Assembly (NCBI GenBank): GCA_965203905.1
Contig: CBDBDQ010000005.1
Location: 1,248,001 to 1,312,000, forward strand
DNA length: 64,000 nt
Source of the DNA: Spirochaetia bacterium
GTDB taxonomy: Bacteria > Spirochaetota > Spirochaetia > SZUA-6 > Bin103
Direction: 5' to 3'
In this document: positions 12,977 through 23,953 of the stretch, in pieces
Position numbering within the stretch: position 1 is the stretch's first letter
Layout of the letters: each line of letters opens with the position of its first letter
The notes under the pieces: generated by a model
Told to the model about the DNA's origin: nothing
What the model saw: the letters and a program-made list of their open reading frames with translations, nothing else
Databases searched by the model: none
Position numbers and translations under genes: made by a program

Positions 12977-14270
12977 CTAACGATCGGCGGCTACCGTTCC
13001 GCGAAGCGAATCCCGGCGTCGGCCGGAGGTGGCGGGGCTTGGGAGTCGACCTGGCCTATGATCTCGTGCGCGAGTGGATGGATGATGACCGGGGGCGTAC
13101 TCCTGCCACTCGTGCACGGGCGCGTCAGTTGCCGCGCGTCTCAGGACGCGGATGGCGCCGAAATCGCGCTCCTGCGAATAGCCCGGGACCGCCAACTCGG
13201 GATCCGCAGTAACCAGGTGCGTGACCGCCGCCGAGACTGTCGCAACGTCGCGGTTGATGGCATGTCCGTGGAAGTGTCGTAGAACGGGATCGCGCGATGC
13301 AGGTAGTAGTAGCCCGACAGGTTGAAGTAGTAGCGGTCCACCTGCCGGCGGCGACGCCGGGCGCACGGGATAGGTAGCGGTAGACGGCGAAGATCGGATC
13401 CTGGTTGCGCACGAAACGCACCAGTGCGGTCTCCCAAGACCAGGCTTGATACACGCGTTCCTGGTACGGAGCGTGTTCAGCACGCCGGCCGCGGAAACTG
13501 CCGCGAACAGAGCCGCCGCTACTCCCGCCACCAGGCGTGAGCGGTCCTCGCTCCCCCGCGCGAGCTGCCACCCAGCCCGCGAAGCGCGTCACCAGGTCAG
13601 CGCCGAGCAGCAGCCACAGCGGAATGACCGCGAAGATGAAGCGGTACTCCTTGTGCGTCTGCAGGGAGTGGCTCAGCAGGACCAGGGAAATCAGCGCCAG
13701 CAGTAGCCCTATCGTCGCGGCCAGCAGTAGGGGCGCGGTGGCCACGAACTCGGTCATCGGCTTGTGCGCGAACCCGACCAACTCGTACCAGAATGCGCCG
13801 GCCAGCAGCGCCGCCCGCGCCGCGGCCTCGCTGAAGTGGCGGCGCGCAAACCGGTACATGCCCACCGGGATCGCCCGCGATAGCGCGCAGAGCAGCAGCT
13901 TGACGGCGCCCACGTACCACCACGGCTGGCCCAGGCCCACCACGTCGAACAGCTTCAGCACCCCGGCCACCACGCCGGCACCAGCCACGAGCGCGCGCTG
14001 TAGAAATACTCCCAGTAGATCACGCCGTTGCCGAACGCCAGGCGGTGGGCCGGCTCCAGGTACTGCATGATCTCGTCCGGGCAGCACGAAGTCGCCAGCC
14101 AGGGCGATGGCCGCACGCACGCCAAAGGCAAGCGCAAGCACCGCCGGCAGGTAGTTCCAGGACGGCTCGGCGGGCACGCGCGCATGCAGCAGCGCCTCCC
14201 CCTGTGCCGCGGCCGTTCGTGCGAGCGCCTTCGCTCGCGCTTTCAACCAGGTCCGACCGGCAGCCTCCAT
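12977..14270 (-). pseudogene. Degraded GT22 (PIG-B/Alg9-like) mannosyltransferase
   Basis: Pieces PDEIMQYLEPAHRLAFGNG, HKPMTEFVAT, HKEYRFIF, YYYLHRAIP lie in different frames; large internal deletion relative to the intact paralog at 50789-52615. Confidence 0.85.
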
Positions 14271-14430
14271 TCAAGGCAGCCTATCAGGGCTGCCGGTCCT
14301 CCCGACTGGGTTTGCCCGCGACGCGCGCGGTTGCGTTGCGTTGCGGCGATGCGGTGGCAGTAGGCGGGTACCGGCCACGCGGATATGATTCGTATGCCCG
14401 GTAGCGGAGCGTTCCAGCGGGAGGATTTCT

Positions 14431-15552
14431 TTGAACAAGGACACTTCCACACCACGGGTGTGCTTCGTGATCCCAACCTACAACGAAGCGGACAACATCA
14501 CGCTCCTGTTGCAGCGGCTGAGCGAGCTTTATCGGGACCCGAGCATGATGTTCCTGGTGGTGGACGACGAGAGCCCCGACGGTACCGGACGCCTGGTGCG
14601 GGAGTTTGCGGCGGGAGATGCCCGCGTGCACCTGCTGGAGGGCAAGAAGCGCGGGCTGGGGGCCGCCTACGTACGCGGGATCACGCATGCCATGGATCAG
14701 CTCGATGCCGAGGTGGTGATCCAGATGGACGCCGACTTCTCGCACGACCCGGCGGACGCCGGCCGGCTGGTGGCGCGGGTGGCGGCGGACGCCGACGTGG
14801 CGATCGGCAGCCGCTATGTCCCCGGCGGCTCGGTGGACGAGAGCTGGGGCTTTCGGCGCCGGCAGCTCTCGCTGTGGGGCAACCGCCTGGCGCGCTGGAT
14901 CGCCGGCTTGAGAGGGGTGCGCGACTGCACCGCCGGCTTCAAGGCGATCAGGACGACGGCGCTGAGGGCGGCGAAGGTGGCGGAGATCAGCGTGCTCGGC
15001 TATGCTTTTCAGGTGGCCCTGCTGCACCGCCTGCTGCATGCCGGGGCGCGGGTGGTGGAGGAGCCGATCTACTTCCGCGACCGCGAGCGCGGGGTGACCA
15101 AGCTCGGCATGGACAGCATGCTGGAGTTCTTCTACCACATCTGGTGGCTGCGCCTGACCACCCATCGGACCTTCATCAAGTTCGCTTTGACGGGGCTCAG
15201 CGGGGTGTTCGTCAACCTGGGCTCGTTCCAGCTCCTGACCGTCCTTGGCGTGCACCGCTACCTTGCCTCGCCGATCGCTATCGAGCTGTCCATCATCTCC
15301 AACTTCCTGATCAACAACTACTGGACCTTCGCCGACCGCGAGCTGACCGGCGCCAGGCGGATCCGCGGCCTGAAGTTCCACTTGGTCTCGCTGCTGTCGC
15401 TGGCGGTGAGTTACGGCACCTTTCTGCTGCTGTCGCTGCTGCTGCCGCAGGTGACGCCGGTATGGCTGCAGGGACTGGCGATCGTGCCGGCGGTGCTGGT
15501 CAACTATGGCCTCAACTCCTCGTGGACGTTTCGCGAGTCGAACCGCGAGTAG
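14431..15552 (+). CDS. GT2 polyprenol-phosphate mannose synthase-like glycosyltransferase fused to a GtrA flippase-like domain
   Basis: VIPTYNEADNI, VVDDESPDGTG, GLGAAY, QMDADFSHDP, IGSRYVPGG, DCTAGFKA; C-terminal 4-TM GtrA-like FIKFALTG...NNYWTF...SWTF. Confidence 0.92.
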   Translation: MNKDTSTPRVCFVIPTYNEADNITLLLQRLSELYRDPSMMFLVVDDESPDGTGRLVREFAAGDARVHLLEGKKRGLGAAYVRGITHAMDQLDAEVVIQMDADFSHDPADAGRLVARVAADADVAIGSRYVPGGSVDESWGFRRRQLSLWGNRLARWIAGLRGVRDCTAGFKAIRTTALRAAKVAEISVLGYAFQVALLHRLLHAGARVVEEPIYFRDRERGVTKLGMDSMLEFFYHIWWLRLTTHRTFIKFALTGLSGVFVNLGSFQLLTVLGVHRYLASPIAIELSIISNFLINNYWTFADRELTGARRIRGLKFHLVSLLSLAVSYGTFLLLSLLLPQVTPVWLQGLAIVPAVLVNYGLNSSWTFRESNRE

Positions 15553-15604
15553 GGGCTGAGCGAACCCCGCCCAGCGGGGCGTCACACCGGTCCTGAAGCG
15601 GGAG

Positions 15605-17317
15605 ATGACGCCAAGAGCAATAGCAGGGGTGTGGTACGCGGTACGGGCGCGGCCGTGGCTGGCCCCGCTGGCGCTGTGCCTGCCGGTGCTGGTGAGCTAC
15701 CTGCCGGCGATGCTGTGGGGCGACTTCGTCTGGGACGACCTGATGATGGTCCGCACCCCGGCGGTGCGCGAGGCGGGCGGGCTGCGGACGATCTGGTTGG
15801 CGCCGGACCAGATCAAGGCCGAGGGCCATTACTGGCCGCTGGTCTATACCCTGTTCTGGCTGCAGCACAAGCTGTGGGGCTTCCACCCGGCCGGCTACCA
15901 CGTCGTCAACGTCCTGCTGCACCTGGCCAACACGCTGTTGCTGTGGCAGCTTCTGCGGCGCCTGGCGGTGCCCGGAGCCTGGGTCGTGGCCGCGGTGTTC
16001 TCGGTCCATCCCGTGCGCGTCGAGTCGGTGGCGTGGGTGATCGAGCTCAAGGATGTGCTCTCCGGCCTGCTCTACCTGTCGGCGGCGCTGGCATGGCTGC
16101 GCTTCACCGAGGCGCCGCGGCCGCGGTGGTACGTGGCGTCGGTCGCACTGTACGCCGCCGGCCTGCTGGCCAAGTCGGTGGTGGTCACGCTGCCGGCAGC
16201 CCTGCTGATCCGGCAGTGGTGGAAACAGGGCCGCGTGACCGTGACCGATCTGCTGCGGATGGCGCCGTTCTTCGTGGTGGGCGCGGCCATCACGGCCGCG
16301 GACCTGGCGTTCAACCGATCGCGCGGAGTGGGTGGCTTCGGCTACTCGCTGCTGGAGCGCACCCTGATCGCCGCACGCGCCGTGTGGTTCTACGTGGGCA
16401 AGATCTTCTGGCCGGTCGACGTGGGCCTGATCTACCCGCACTGGGAAGTGAGAGCCGGGGATCCCCTGGCTTGGGCGGGCCTGGCAGGCATAGCCGGCCT
16501 CGTTGCCGCGCTCTGGTTGCTGCGCCACAAGATCGGACGCGGTCCGTTGGCAGGGGTGCTGTTCTTCGGCGTGACGCTGTCGCCGACGCTGGGTTTCGTG
16601 GACTACCACTACATGCTGTCGTCGTTCGTGGCGGACCGCTTTCAGTACCTCGCCGGCATCGGCGTGCTGGCGGTCCTCATTGGGGCCGCCGCGCGCGGTC
16701 TCAGTGCCGATCGTGGCACCGACGGGCCACGGCACTTCGCGTTGACCGCGGTGCTGGTCGCCGCCCTGCTGGGCGTGCTGGGAACGTTGACCTGGCAGCA
16801 CGCGGCCAAGTACCGGGACGGCATCACGTTCTTCCGCTACATCATCGCGCACCACCCGCAGGCACGCGAAGCGCACCTCAATCTCGGCAGCGCGCTACTG
16901 CAGTGGAACCGGCTGGAAGAGGCTCTCGGTGCCTACCGCGTCGCCGAGCAGCAGCGCCCGGAGGACTGCAAGCCCCCGTACGGCGCCGGTCTGGCGCTGT
17001 ATCACCTGGGACGGCTGGAAGAAGCAGAGGATGCTTACCTCCGCGCCCTGCAAACCTGCCCGCGCTACGGCGCCGCGCTTGCGGATCTGGGCGAACTGCG
17101 GCTCACTCGGCAGCGTTACGAAGCAGCCCTGGCAGCGTTACAGACCGCCACCGAAATCAACCCGGCCAACGTGGACGTCTGGATCAACCACGGCCTCGCA
17201 TTGCATCACCTTGGGCGATCCGACGAGGCACTGCAGAGCCTGGACCGCGCGCTGGCGCTCGACCCGAACCTGCACAGAGCGCATGACGTCCGCGCGCAAG
17301 TGCTGCGAGACTCGTAA
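15605..17317 (+). CDS. TMTC-like membrane protein O-mannosyltransferase with C-terminal TPRs
   Basis: FVWDD, YWPL, YHVVNVLLHLAN, FSVHPVRVESVAWV, LLAKS, ADRFQYL motifs followed by TPR repeats. Confidence 0.85.
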   Translation: MTPRAIAGVWYAVRARPWLAPLALCLPVLVSYLPAMLWGDFVWDDLMMVRTPAVREAGGLRTIWLAPDQIKAEGHYWPLVYTLFWLQHKLWGFHPAGYHVVNVLLHLANTLLLWQLLRRLAVPGAWVVAAVFSVHPVRVESVAWVIELKDVLSGLLYLSAALAWLRFTEAPRPRWYVASVALYAAGLLAKSVVVTLPAALLIRQWWKQGRVTVTDLLRMAPFFVVGAAITAADLAFNRSRGVGGFGYSLLERTLIAARAVWFYVGKIFWPVDVGLIYPHWEVRAGDPLAWAGLAGIAGLVAALWLLRHKIGRGPLAGVLFFGVTLSPTLGFVDYHYMLSSFVADRFQYLAGIGVLAVLIGAAARGLSADRGTDGPRHFALTAVLVAALLGVLGTLTWQHAAKYRDGITFFRYIIAHHPQAREAHLNLGSALLQWNRLEEALGAYRVAEQQRPEDCKPPYGAGLALYHLGRLEEAEDAYLRALQTCPRYGAALADLGELRLTRQRYEAALAALQTATEINPANVDVWINHGLALHHLGRSDEALQSLDRALALDPNLHRAHDVRAQVLRDS

Positions 17318-17549
17318 CGTTATGGTATCGTCGCTGGATCGGCTCTTCGTCACCTTACTTAGTCCAGGTGTTATTCCCTCGGCGTCCAGAGGATCCGGAT
17401 ACCGCTGTAAGCGACCTCACTGACCATCTGCCTGCATCGGTGATGAGCGACACAGTGCGAGGACATCGTCCCAACGGATAGTGCCCGTGATGCCAAGGCG
17501 CGCTGAAGAGCCCCCGCGTCTTGCTCAGCGACAATCCCATACGGTCCGC

Positions 17550-17899
17550 CTTCCCCCGTGTTCGGGCTTCGGTCCTGTCGAGTCGACCTACTGTGCTGTT
17601 CCCTCTGCTGACCTTCTGACATCTCAGCCGCGCTCTCGACGCATGCCGCGCTCTCTGACGGCGTTCTGTCAGACCTCCCCAGGATTAGGGGACTTCCACG
17701 CCCTCGTCCCCCGCGGCTGCCTTTCGTATGCAATTCCTGTTCGTCAGGCCAGCGATTTACTTCCGGCTTCCTTCAGGCCCGCCTTACGACGGGCACCCTT
17801 GCCTCTCGCTAACCGTTCCCTTGTCGGCCTGATAGAGGACTTGCGGTCTTCCGCGCGACCCCCGCTCACCTCGAAGTGAAAGCCCATGGTTGGGCGCAC
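17550..17899 (-). mobile_element. Group IIC intron 5' fragment (approx. domains I-III); no RT ORF or domain V/VI seen
   Basis: Minus strand begins GTGCGCCCAACCATGGGC immediately after a terminator stem-loop and T-run; later AGGTCAGCAGAGG...CACAGTAG...GAAGCCCGAAC resembles the DIII/DIV junction. Confidence 0.75.
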
Positions 17900-17938
17900 A
17901 AAAAAGGAAGGGGCCGACGAACGATGTCCGCCGACCCC
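17900..17938 (-). terminator. Rho-independent terminator of the collagen lipoprotein gene
   Basis: Minus strand GGGGTCGGCGGA-CATCG-TTCGTCGGCCCC-TTCCTTTTTT; the G-U pairs only work on the minus strand. Confidence 0.85.
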
Positions 17939-17975
17939 ATCCAACTTTCCCCCTTGGTGGGGAAGAGCTAACGCG

Positions 17976-19397
17976 TTACTCTGGCAGAACAGTCACAGTG
18001 AACGTGTCTGCTACGGTCTGTCCGAAACCGATGTGAGTATCAACGTCACTATCACTATCGGTATCAGTAGGCTCCTTCGCTGTCACCGTAACAGTTGTCA
18101 TTCCCGCCTTAAGCGGATTGATTCGTAATCCATGGACTCCTGCATCGCACCCACCAGTAGCATTAACCGCCGTCGGCGCCGAGAGGACACCGGCAGTGTC
18201 CGTGACACAGACTACCGAGACCCCAATGTTCTTATTGCTGATAGCGCTCTCATACGTGAGGGCTCCATCCTCGGGATCCTCGAAATGACCGTCGATCCGT
18301 GCCAACCTCAGAGGAGACGACGCGGTCTCCGACAACCTGATAGCTACATCGCGCAACGTGCCAGTGCTGCTCAGCTTCGGAGCCTCATTGACTGAGACGG
18401 TGAAAAGGGACGCCAAGGCCTTGGTCAGACCACCGCTATCGGTTGCCGTCACATCGACAGCAATCGGTTGCTCTTCTGTTCCCGTCGGTCCGGTCCGAGT
18501 AGACTTCAGCCCCTGGACCATGAGGTTTTTCCCGCTCATGACCATTATGAAAGATCCCTTCCCGGCAATGTTCGTTACACCTGAGAGGGTAAGAGCGTCG
18601 TCGTCCATGAAGGCGCCAGCGACACCCGCAGCTGCCGGCTTAGAAGCATTCGGATGCTGAGTGCCAACCCAGAGGACATCGAGAGCAGTGGTAGGAGCGG
18701 TCCCGTCAGGCGCCTTGTTACGCCGCACGGCAACGTCCTTCTTTTCCGATCCGCCATCGCTATCGCCAATGGTAACGGACACCGTGTAATCCGAGTACGG
18801 GAAGTTCACATTGTGAACAAGCGCCACGGACAGCATTCCGTCTGCGGTCACTGACGCGTCCACCGCGTCTGGAGAAGACGTCACTTCGTACGTATAGGGG
18901 GCTACGCCGCCACTCACCAGGCCCGACAAATCGCGCACCATGGCATCGGTGTCCAGCACCTTCCCCGCCTTGTCGTTGAAGACAAATGCATCAATCGCCT
19001 TCACGGCAAACGGACTGATGCCGATCGGTCCTGCGGGTCCTTGCGGCCCTTCCGGTCCTTGCGACCCTTCGGGTCCTGCCGGTCCTTCGGGTCCTTGTGG
19101 TCCTTCCGGTCCTACTGGCCCTTCCGGTCCTGCGGGTCCTTCCGGTCCCATTTCACCCTGCGGGCCTTGCGGTCCCGTTTCACCCTGTGGGCCTGCGGGT
19201 CCTGCCGGTCCTGCGGGGCCCGTTTCGCCCTGCGGCCCAGCCGGTCCGGTGGGTCCAACGGGGCCGGTCACGCCCCCGGGGCCCTCACACGCTACCCAGG
19301 CAAAAGCGGTAATGAGCGAAATGACGCCGAGTGTCAGCCAGCGCCTTACTATTTTTTCGGTCACTTTGTACCTCGTGTATGAAACGTGGCGCATCAC
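17976..19397 (-). CDS. Lipoprotein with a collagen-like (Gly-X-Y) region and Ig/cadherin-like C-terminal domains
   Basis: Lipobox WVA-C; long GPxGPx run; D-x-D-G and FxDPED beta-sandwich motifs; likely start is GTG 19364 after GAGG. Confidence 0.88.
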   Translation of the reverse strand: MMRHVSYTRYKVTEKIVRRWLTLGVISLITAFAWVACEGPGGVTGPVGPTGPAGPQGETGPAGPAGPAGPQGETGPQGPQGEMGPEGPAGPEGPVGPEGPQGPEGPAGPEGSQGPEGPQGPAGPIGISPFAVKAIDAFVFNDKAGKVLDTDAMVRDLSGLVSGGVAPYTYEVTSSPDAVDASVTADGMLSVALVHNVNFPYSDYTVSVTIGDSDGGSEKKDVAVRRNKAPDGTAPTTALDVLWVGTQHPNASKPAAAGVAGAFMDDDALTLSGVTNIAGKGSFIMVMSGKNLMVQGLKSTRTGPTGTEEQPIAVDVTATDSGGLTKALASLFTVSVNEAPKLSSTGTLRDVAIRLSETASSPLRLARIDGHFEDPEDGALTYESAISNKNIGVSVVCVTDTAGVLSAPTAVNATGGCDAGVHGLRINPLKAGMTTVTVTAKEPTDTDSDSDVDTHIGFGQTVADTFTVTVLPE

Positions 19398-19627
19398 TAC
19401 GCCGTCGATCGCTCAGGCATCACCTGAGCTCCTTTGCCGATGGCCTTGCGGCCCTTGGTGCCCTCGCCATTAGGTGGCCCTGTCTGCCCCACCTCCTCTT
19501 CGTCGTAGGCCGCGTCCTCGATCATCTTCTCGACCGCGGCCCTTACATGTGGAAGGCGTTCGGCGACCATGTACCGCCGCGCGAGATCGAAATGCCGCGC
19601 GGTAAGCGATACTCTGTGCACAGTCAC
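19397..19627 (-). CDS. Small putative ribbon-helix-helix DNA-binding protein
   Basis: GGAGG then GTG: (M)[39 protein letters not shown] has a strand-helix-helix pattern; its stop adjoins the collagen gene. Confidence 0.5.
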   Translation of the reverse strand: MTVHRVSLTARHFDLARRYMVAERLPHVRAAVEKMIEDAAYDEEEVGQTGPPNGEGTKGRKAIGKGAQVMPERSTA

Positions 19628-19642
19628 GTACCTCCGGGCGTT

Positions 19643-19672
19643 GTTGTACATCAGGAACCTGAGGTATGTCAA
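19643..19672 (-). promoter_or_regulatory. Sigma70-type promoter with an internal palindrome
   Basis: TTGACA-N18-TACAAC, with TCAGG-TT-CCTGA in the spacer. Confidence 0.55.
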
Positions 19673-20108
19673 CACCCTGTGAAGAATTTCGTGAGCAGCA
19701 TGCCTTCCGGCTACACTACCAGGCGATAGACCCAGCGGTGGCCGGGTCCCCTGAGTAGATTTTCGGCACGTAGTGCCGGTTCCTTGACTTTGCCTGCAAC
19801 TCCCCTCCCTGTCGCGCATTACCATAATGACCCACGGGCTGCCAAGTCAAGCACGCCGATTTGCCGGCGAGTCCCGGTGAACAACGCCGCGCAGCGCGCC
19901 CGCTCCGAACCCGTCGAGCACCGCTTAACTATTTTCATAGAACAAGTTGCATCACTCGTCCATGGGTCCCACGATGCTGGCACCTGCCGCGATGGTGCCA
20001 GGCCGCCCACCCTGTCTCCCCGTATTGCGCCGCCGCCCCATGAGGCCCCGGCGGCGGCCGGAGCCGCTCCGCTCGGCGCCGGGCGGTGGTTCTGGTATGT
20101 TGGTGGCG

Positions 20109-20753
20109 ATGCAACCGGTGCCCATGTCGCGGCAAGGTTCAGGTCGCCGGGTTCGCTGCTCCGGGTCGGCAGGAAACGGGAGGGCGGGCGGCGGCCGGAG
20201 CAGGGCGGCCGTCACCCTGTTAGCCGCCCTGCTGACCGCGTGCAGCTTCGAATACTCCGATGCCGACGCATCACCCACGCAACTGCTTGGGCACATACCC
20301 GAAACCGAGCTCACCGAGGTAACCCACACCATCGTACGCAACGGGCGCGTGGCGGCGGAGTTCCGCGCCCGGCAGGTGCGCAACTTCCCCCGCGCGGGGC
20401 GCACGGAGCTGGATGCGGTGAACTACTCCGAATTCGACCGCAATGGCACTCTGGTGACCGCCGGCAACGCCGACCGCGCCGTGTACTTCACTGAGCGCGA
20501 GGACGCCGAGGTGGCCGGCGCGATCCGCCTGCGCTCCCAGTCGCAGGGCGTCTGGCTGGAAGCCGAGACCCTGCGCTGGGAGGATGCCAGCCACCGGCTG
20601 TCCTCCGGCCCCGAGGAGACGGTGGCGGTTACCCGCGACGACGGCTCGCAGGTGACCGGGGTCGGTCTCCAGGTCGACGTGCGCCGCAAGACCATCCGCT
20701 TCTCGGGACCCGTCAGTGGGACCCTGGTCGCGGAAACGAGCGCGGAGGAGTAG
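20109..20753 (+). CDS. lptC: LptC-like LPS export periplasmic lipoprotein, copy 1 (intact)
   Basis: LLTAC-SFEY lipobox; beta-jellyroll pattern ending LEAETLRWED...VTRDDGSQVTGVGLQVD...FSGPVSG, as in spirochaete LptC. Confidence 0.78.
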   Translation: MQPVPMSRQGSGRRVRCSGSAGNGRAGGGRSRAAVTLLAALLTACSFEYSDADASPTQLLGHIPETELTEVTHTIVRNGRVAAEFRARQVRNFPRAGRTELDAVNYSEFDRNGTLVTAGNADRAVYFTEREDAEVAGAIRLRSQSQGVWLEAETLRWEDASHRLSSGPEETVAVTRDDGSQVTGVGLQVDVRRKTIRFSGPVSGTLVAETSAEE

Positions 20754-21362
20754 GCGGGAGGCCGCCGCCGGGAGGCGCGGGCGGGGCGGTGTGCGACCGC
20801 TACGGCAATCGGTCATGCGCGGCAGGCGCCGGCAGCCGAACCCGGCGCGTCGGGACCGCTGGCGTAGTTCATCGTGCGCAACGGTTGGGCGCGGGCTGGG
20901 GGTTGGGGCGCCGGCGGCTTCGCCTATGCCGCCGACGACCATGCCGCTGCCGCCATCACGGAGGCCTACGACACGACCCTGTAATGCCACGCTCCCGCAA
21001 CTCGCGCGAAAGCTCGGTAGTGCCTCATTGTGAATATGGGGAAGGGCAGCAGCCCGGCACTGGGCTGGGCTATTCGTCTTCGTCGGTGGTAAACGGGCTC
21101 TCCAACCCGATGCCGCTTGGTAAAGGAGCCTTCTTGCTTCCGCCGCACGCACCCTTGCGCGGGGCTTGGCGCCAAAGGCATCCAAGTCGCGACGACCTTG
21201 CTCGAAGGCCGTTGCTGAGGCACATAGCTCGCGCTCCATGGCAGGATCTGCGCTTCGAACCCGCGAATGGCAGCATCCGCCGGCGATGAGTAAGTTGCGC
21301 CATCCGCCTCTCCTGATGGATGTATTGGGATGCGCAGGGAGCTGCGACTCGGAGGTACGACC

Positions 21363-22250
21363 TTAACCTTGACGGACTACCATCAGCAGGCGGCAATGAT
21401 CGCTGGCCCCCCACTCTGCCACGCTGTTCATGGCCTTCACGTCGATACTTTCGTGAAAGCCCCGTGAGGCGAACACGTAGTCCAGTTGCCGGTCGGCAGC
21501 TTCGGGGCCGCCCTTGTTCGGGGCGAAGGTCACGACATTTTTGTTGTCAGGCTCCATAAAGGGAGGCACGGGGTCAGCCTGGCGCCCGTTGGGGTGCTGC
21601 GGCCCCAGAAACTCCAGACCCAGCACATTCATCCTGTCCCAAACGGTATGTTCGCGCGCCACGTCCCACTTTGGGTCGTGGCCTGCCTTGGAACCGTAGA
21701 CCATGTTCAGATCGCCAGCCGCAAGTATTCGGTGTGTCGAAGGGTCTACGTTGCCGATAAACGCCGACAAGTCAGAGATTATTCGATGCGCTGATCCGTC
21801 GGGAAACCCTACGCGCCACTTGCTGCCAGTAACCGGGTGCGGCGCGATCCACCGGGCGTACATAGACGCAACGATGAATGGTGGCGTAGCGTGGTCTTTG
21901 GGAATGACCCGCGCCGCCGCCACCGTGCCGATTCCGCTAACGGGAAACTGGTTGAGGCCAGGTACCATGATCGGGCTGATTTGTTTGAACCACTCGACAT
22001 CCACCCGGTCCGAAAGGCGTACCACCATAGCCCAGCGGTCGTACAGGAAATCGAATTGAAGCTTCCACCAGCACGAGTTCCAATAGTTGGCGTTCCAGTG
22101 CTCTACGGGGCCGGTGCAGACTTTCCCGGCAACATCTCCCGGCGGCCGGCGGGCTTCCTGTAGCAGGGCTACGTCCGCGTCCATCTCAAGTAGTTGCCTC
22201 CACGGTTCATGCCAAGCGTTTATGTTCCAACTGACTATCTTGATTCCCAA
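21363..22250 (-). CDS. Endonuclease/exonuclease/phosphatase (EEP) family protein
   Basis: IVSWNI, ALLQE, AAGDLN, LDYVF, SDH catalytic motifs. Confidence 0.9.
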   Translation of the reverse strand: MGIKIVSWNINAWHEPWRQLLEMDADVALLQEARRPPGDVAGKVCTGPVEHWNANYWNSCWWKLQFDFLYDRWAMVVRLSDRVDVEWFKQISPIMVPGLNQFPVSGIGTVAAARVIPKDHATPPFIVASMYARWIAPHPVTGSKWRVGFPDGSAHRIISDLSAFIGNVDPSTHRILAAGDLNMVYGSKAGHDPKWDVAREHTVWDRMNVLGLEFLGPQHPNGRQADPVPPFMEPDNKNVVTFAPNKGGPEAADRQLDYVFASRGFHESIDVKAMNSVAEWGASDHCRLLMVVRQG

Positions 22251-22284
22251 ACGCGCGGCTGCTACGCAATGGCGAGGGCCAGCA

Positions 22285-22445
22285 AGTGCACGTGCCGACG
22301 CCAGGGGACCAGGCGGTGCGCGACTATCCGCGCTGCCGGGACGATCTGCGCCAGGAGCTACGCCGCTATCGGCAGCGGTTGCAGCAAGCCCTGATCCGGC
22401 ATGGCTATGGCTACCGTGGCGGACGCAACTGGACGCAGAGCTGCA
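22285..22445 (+). pseudogene. IS110-family transposase internal fragment
   Basis: HVPTPGDQAVRD...DDLRQELRRYRQRLQQALIRHGYGY...NWTQ resembles the IS110 coiled-coil region. Confidence 0.55.
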
Positions 22446-23065
22446 GAGCTACCGGCGCTGATTGGGAGAGCGTGCTGACAAAGGCACATCTCGGCTTCAC
22501 CTCCTTGGGGGCGAGACCGTGGCGAACCACGTCCGCGATGCCTGGGTGGACGTGGAGTTCAAGCTCTGGCAACGCCGGTTGTCGTAGAACTGGATCAATG
22601 GTCTTCCGGCGGGCGCTTGGGCTGCCGCACCCAAGCGACTCACATGCCGACTTCGGTTGGCCGGCGCGGAGCACTTACCAGGAGTGCGCCATCCCGGATT
22701 CCGCCTGATCAGACCACCTTCGGTAAGCTCCGTGGGCGCTGCGCAGGGGCTATCCAGGTGCGACGCGCGCCGCATGGGGGCGCCGCGCAGGGCGGTGAGA
22801 GCCGGCGCGAACAACCCCTGCAACGGATATACCAACGACAACGGGATCCGTACTGACACTTTGATTACGCCCCACGAGCTTGGTTAGCCGCACCCCGGAT
22901 AGTAAGCGCGCGTTGGCAAGGGTTTCCCCTGCATGGAAGATGCGCCCTTCCAGGTTGCCGTGCAACGGGTCAGTCGATCTTTTTGGATCGTTCCTCTGTA
23001 CTCAACTCTCGCGTGTCGATACCTCGTAACTCATTGAGCTATCTGATTTGCACACACTCCCGTTA

Positions 23066-23953
23066 TTAAGGCAGCGATACCGGCCCGTGAGTCCCACCGC
23101 AGAACAACCCTATCGTACTGAGTTCCACTGTCTCGCCGCCAGCAGGGCAAGTTTGACAGCAGGCTTCGCAGCTTTCAGAGCCGTCGATTCCGACGCCCCA
23201 AATATCGACTCCCCATTCATCCTCTGCTCCAAAACAGACCTTCGCATCTGTTCTACACGCAAGATTGTATGAATCTAATTGGTCCAGGGTATATGCACTA
23301 TCGGGTCCCGGCCACACCAAATCATTGGTTACATCAAAAAACCGTATGTAGTTCTGAAGTGCATCGTCGCAGGCATCCACGAACCACCAGATGATATTCC
23401 CGATGGTGGGGCAGCCAGGCACGCGCCCGCTCACATCGCAACCAGACACGGCAGTCAGATTGACACCTCTCATGTCGGCCCTCCGCAGGTCGGCGTCGGT
23501 CAAGGTGGCGGCCGTCAGGTCCACGCCCGCCAAGTTCGCGTCGCGCAGGTTTACCCTGGTCAGGTCAGCTCCCCGCAGAATCGCGCCAGCAAGATTGGCG
23601 TTATTCAGGTTAGCTCCGGTAAGGTCGGCTCCACTCAGGTCAGCACCACGTAGAACGGTCGAGATCATTCTGGCACCACGCAAGTCGGCTCCGCGCAAGT
23701 CGGCCCCGTCGAGGTCCGTGTTGCTCAGATTCGCGCCAGCTAGGCTCGCTTCTCTGAGGTTGGCCTCGCGCAGATTGGTCCCAGCCAAATCCGCATCGTT
23801 TAGATCTGCACCAGAGCAGTCCGGTAGACATGCAAGTCCCGTTGCTTGCGGGTCTTGAGACGTAGTTGTGGCTACTTCGTCGCATCCGCCTATCACCATG
23901 GCTACCAGAGCCAGCAATGCACCTGCGGTCATCGACATCGGATAGTTTCTCAT
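23066..23953 (-). CDS. Lipoprotein with pentapeptide repeats and a Cys-rich C-terminal domain
   Basis: Lipobox IGG-C; A(D/N)LxxA pentapeptide run; C-terminal WPG...C...C.G...WGVG...CxxCCxxC; GGAG RBS. Confidence 0.88.
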   Translation of the reverse strand: MRNYPMSMTAGALLALVAMVIGGCDEVATTTSQDPQATGLACLPDCSGADLNDADLAGTNLREANLREASLAGANLSNTDLDGADLRGADLRGARMISTVLRGADLSGADLTGANLNNANLAGAILRGADLTRVNLRDANLAGVDLTAATLTDADLRRADMRGVNLTAVSGCDVSGRVPGCPTIGNIIWWFVDACDDALQNYIRFFDVTNDLVWPGPDSAYTLDQLDSYNLACRTDAKVCFGAEDEWGVDIWGVGIDGSESCEACCQTCPAGGETVELSTIGLFCGGTHGPVSLP

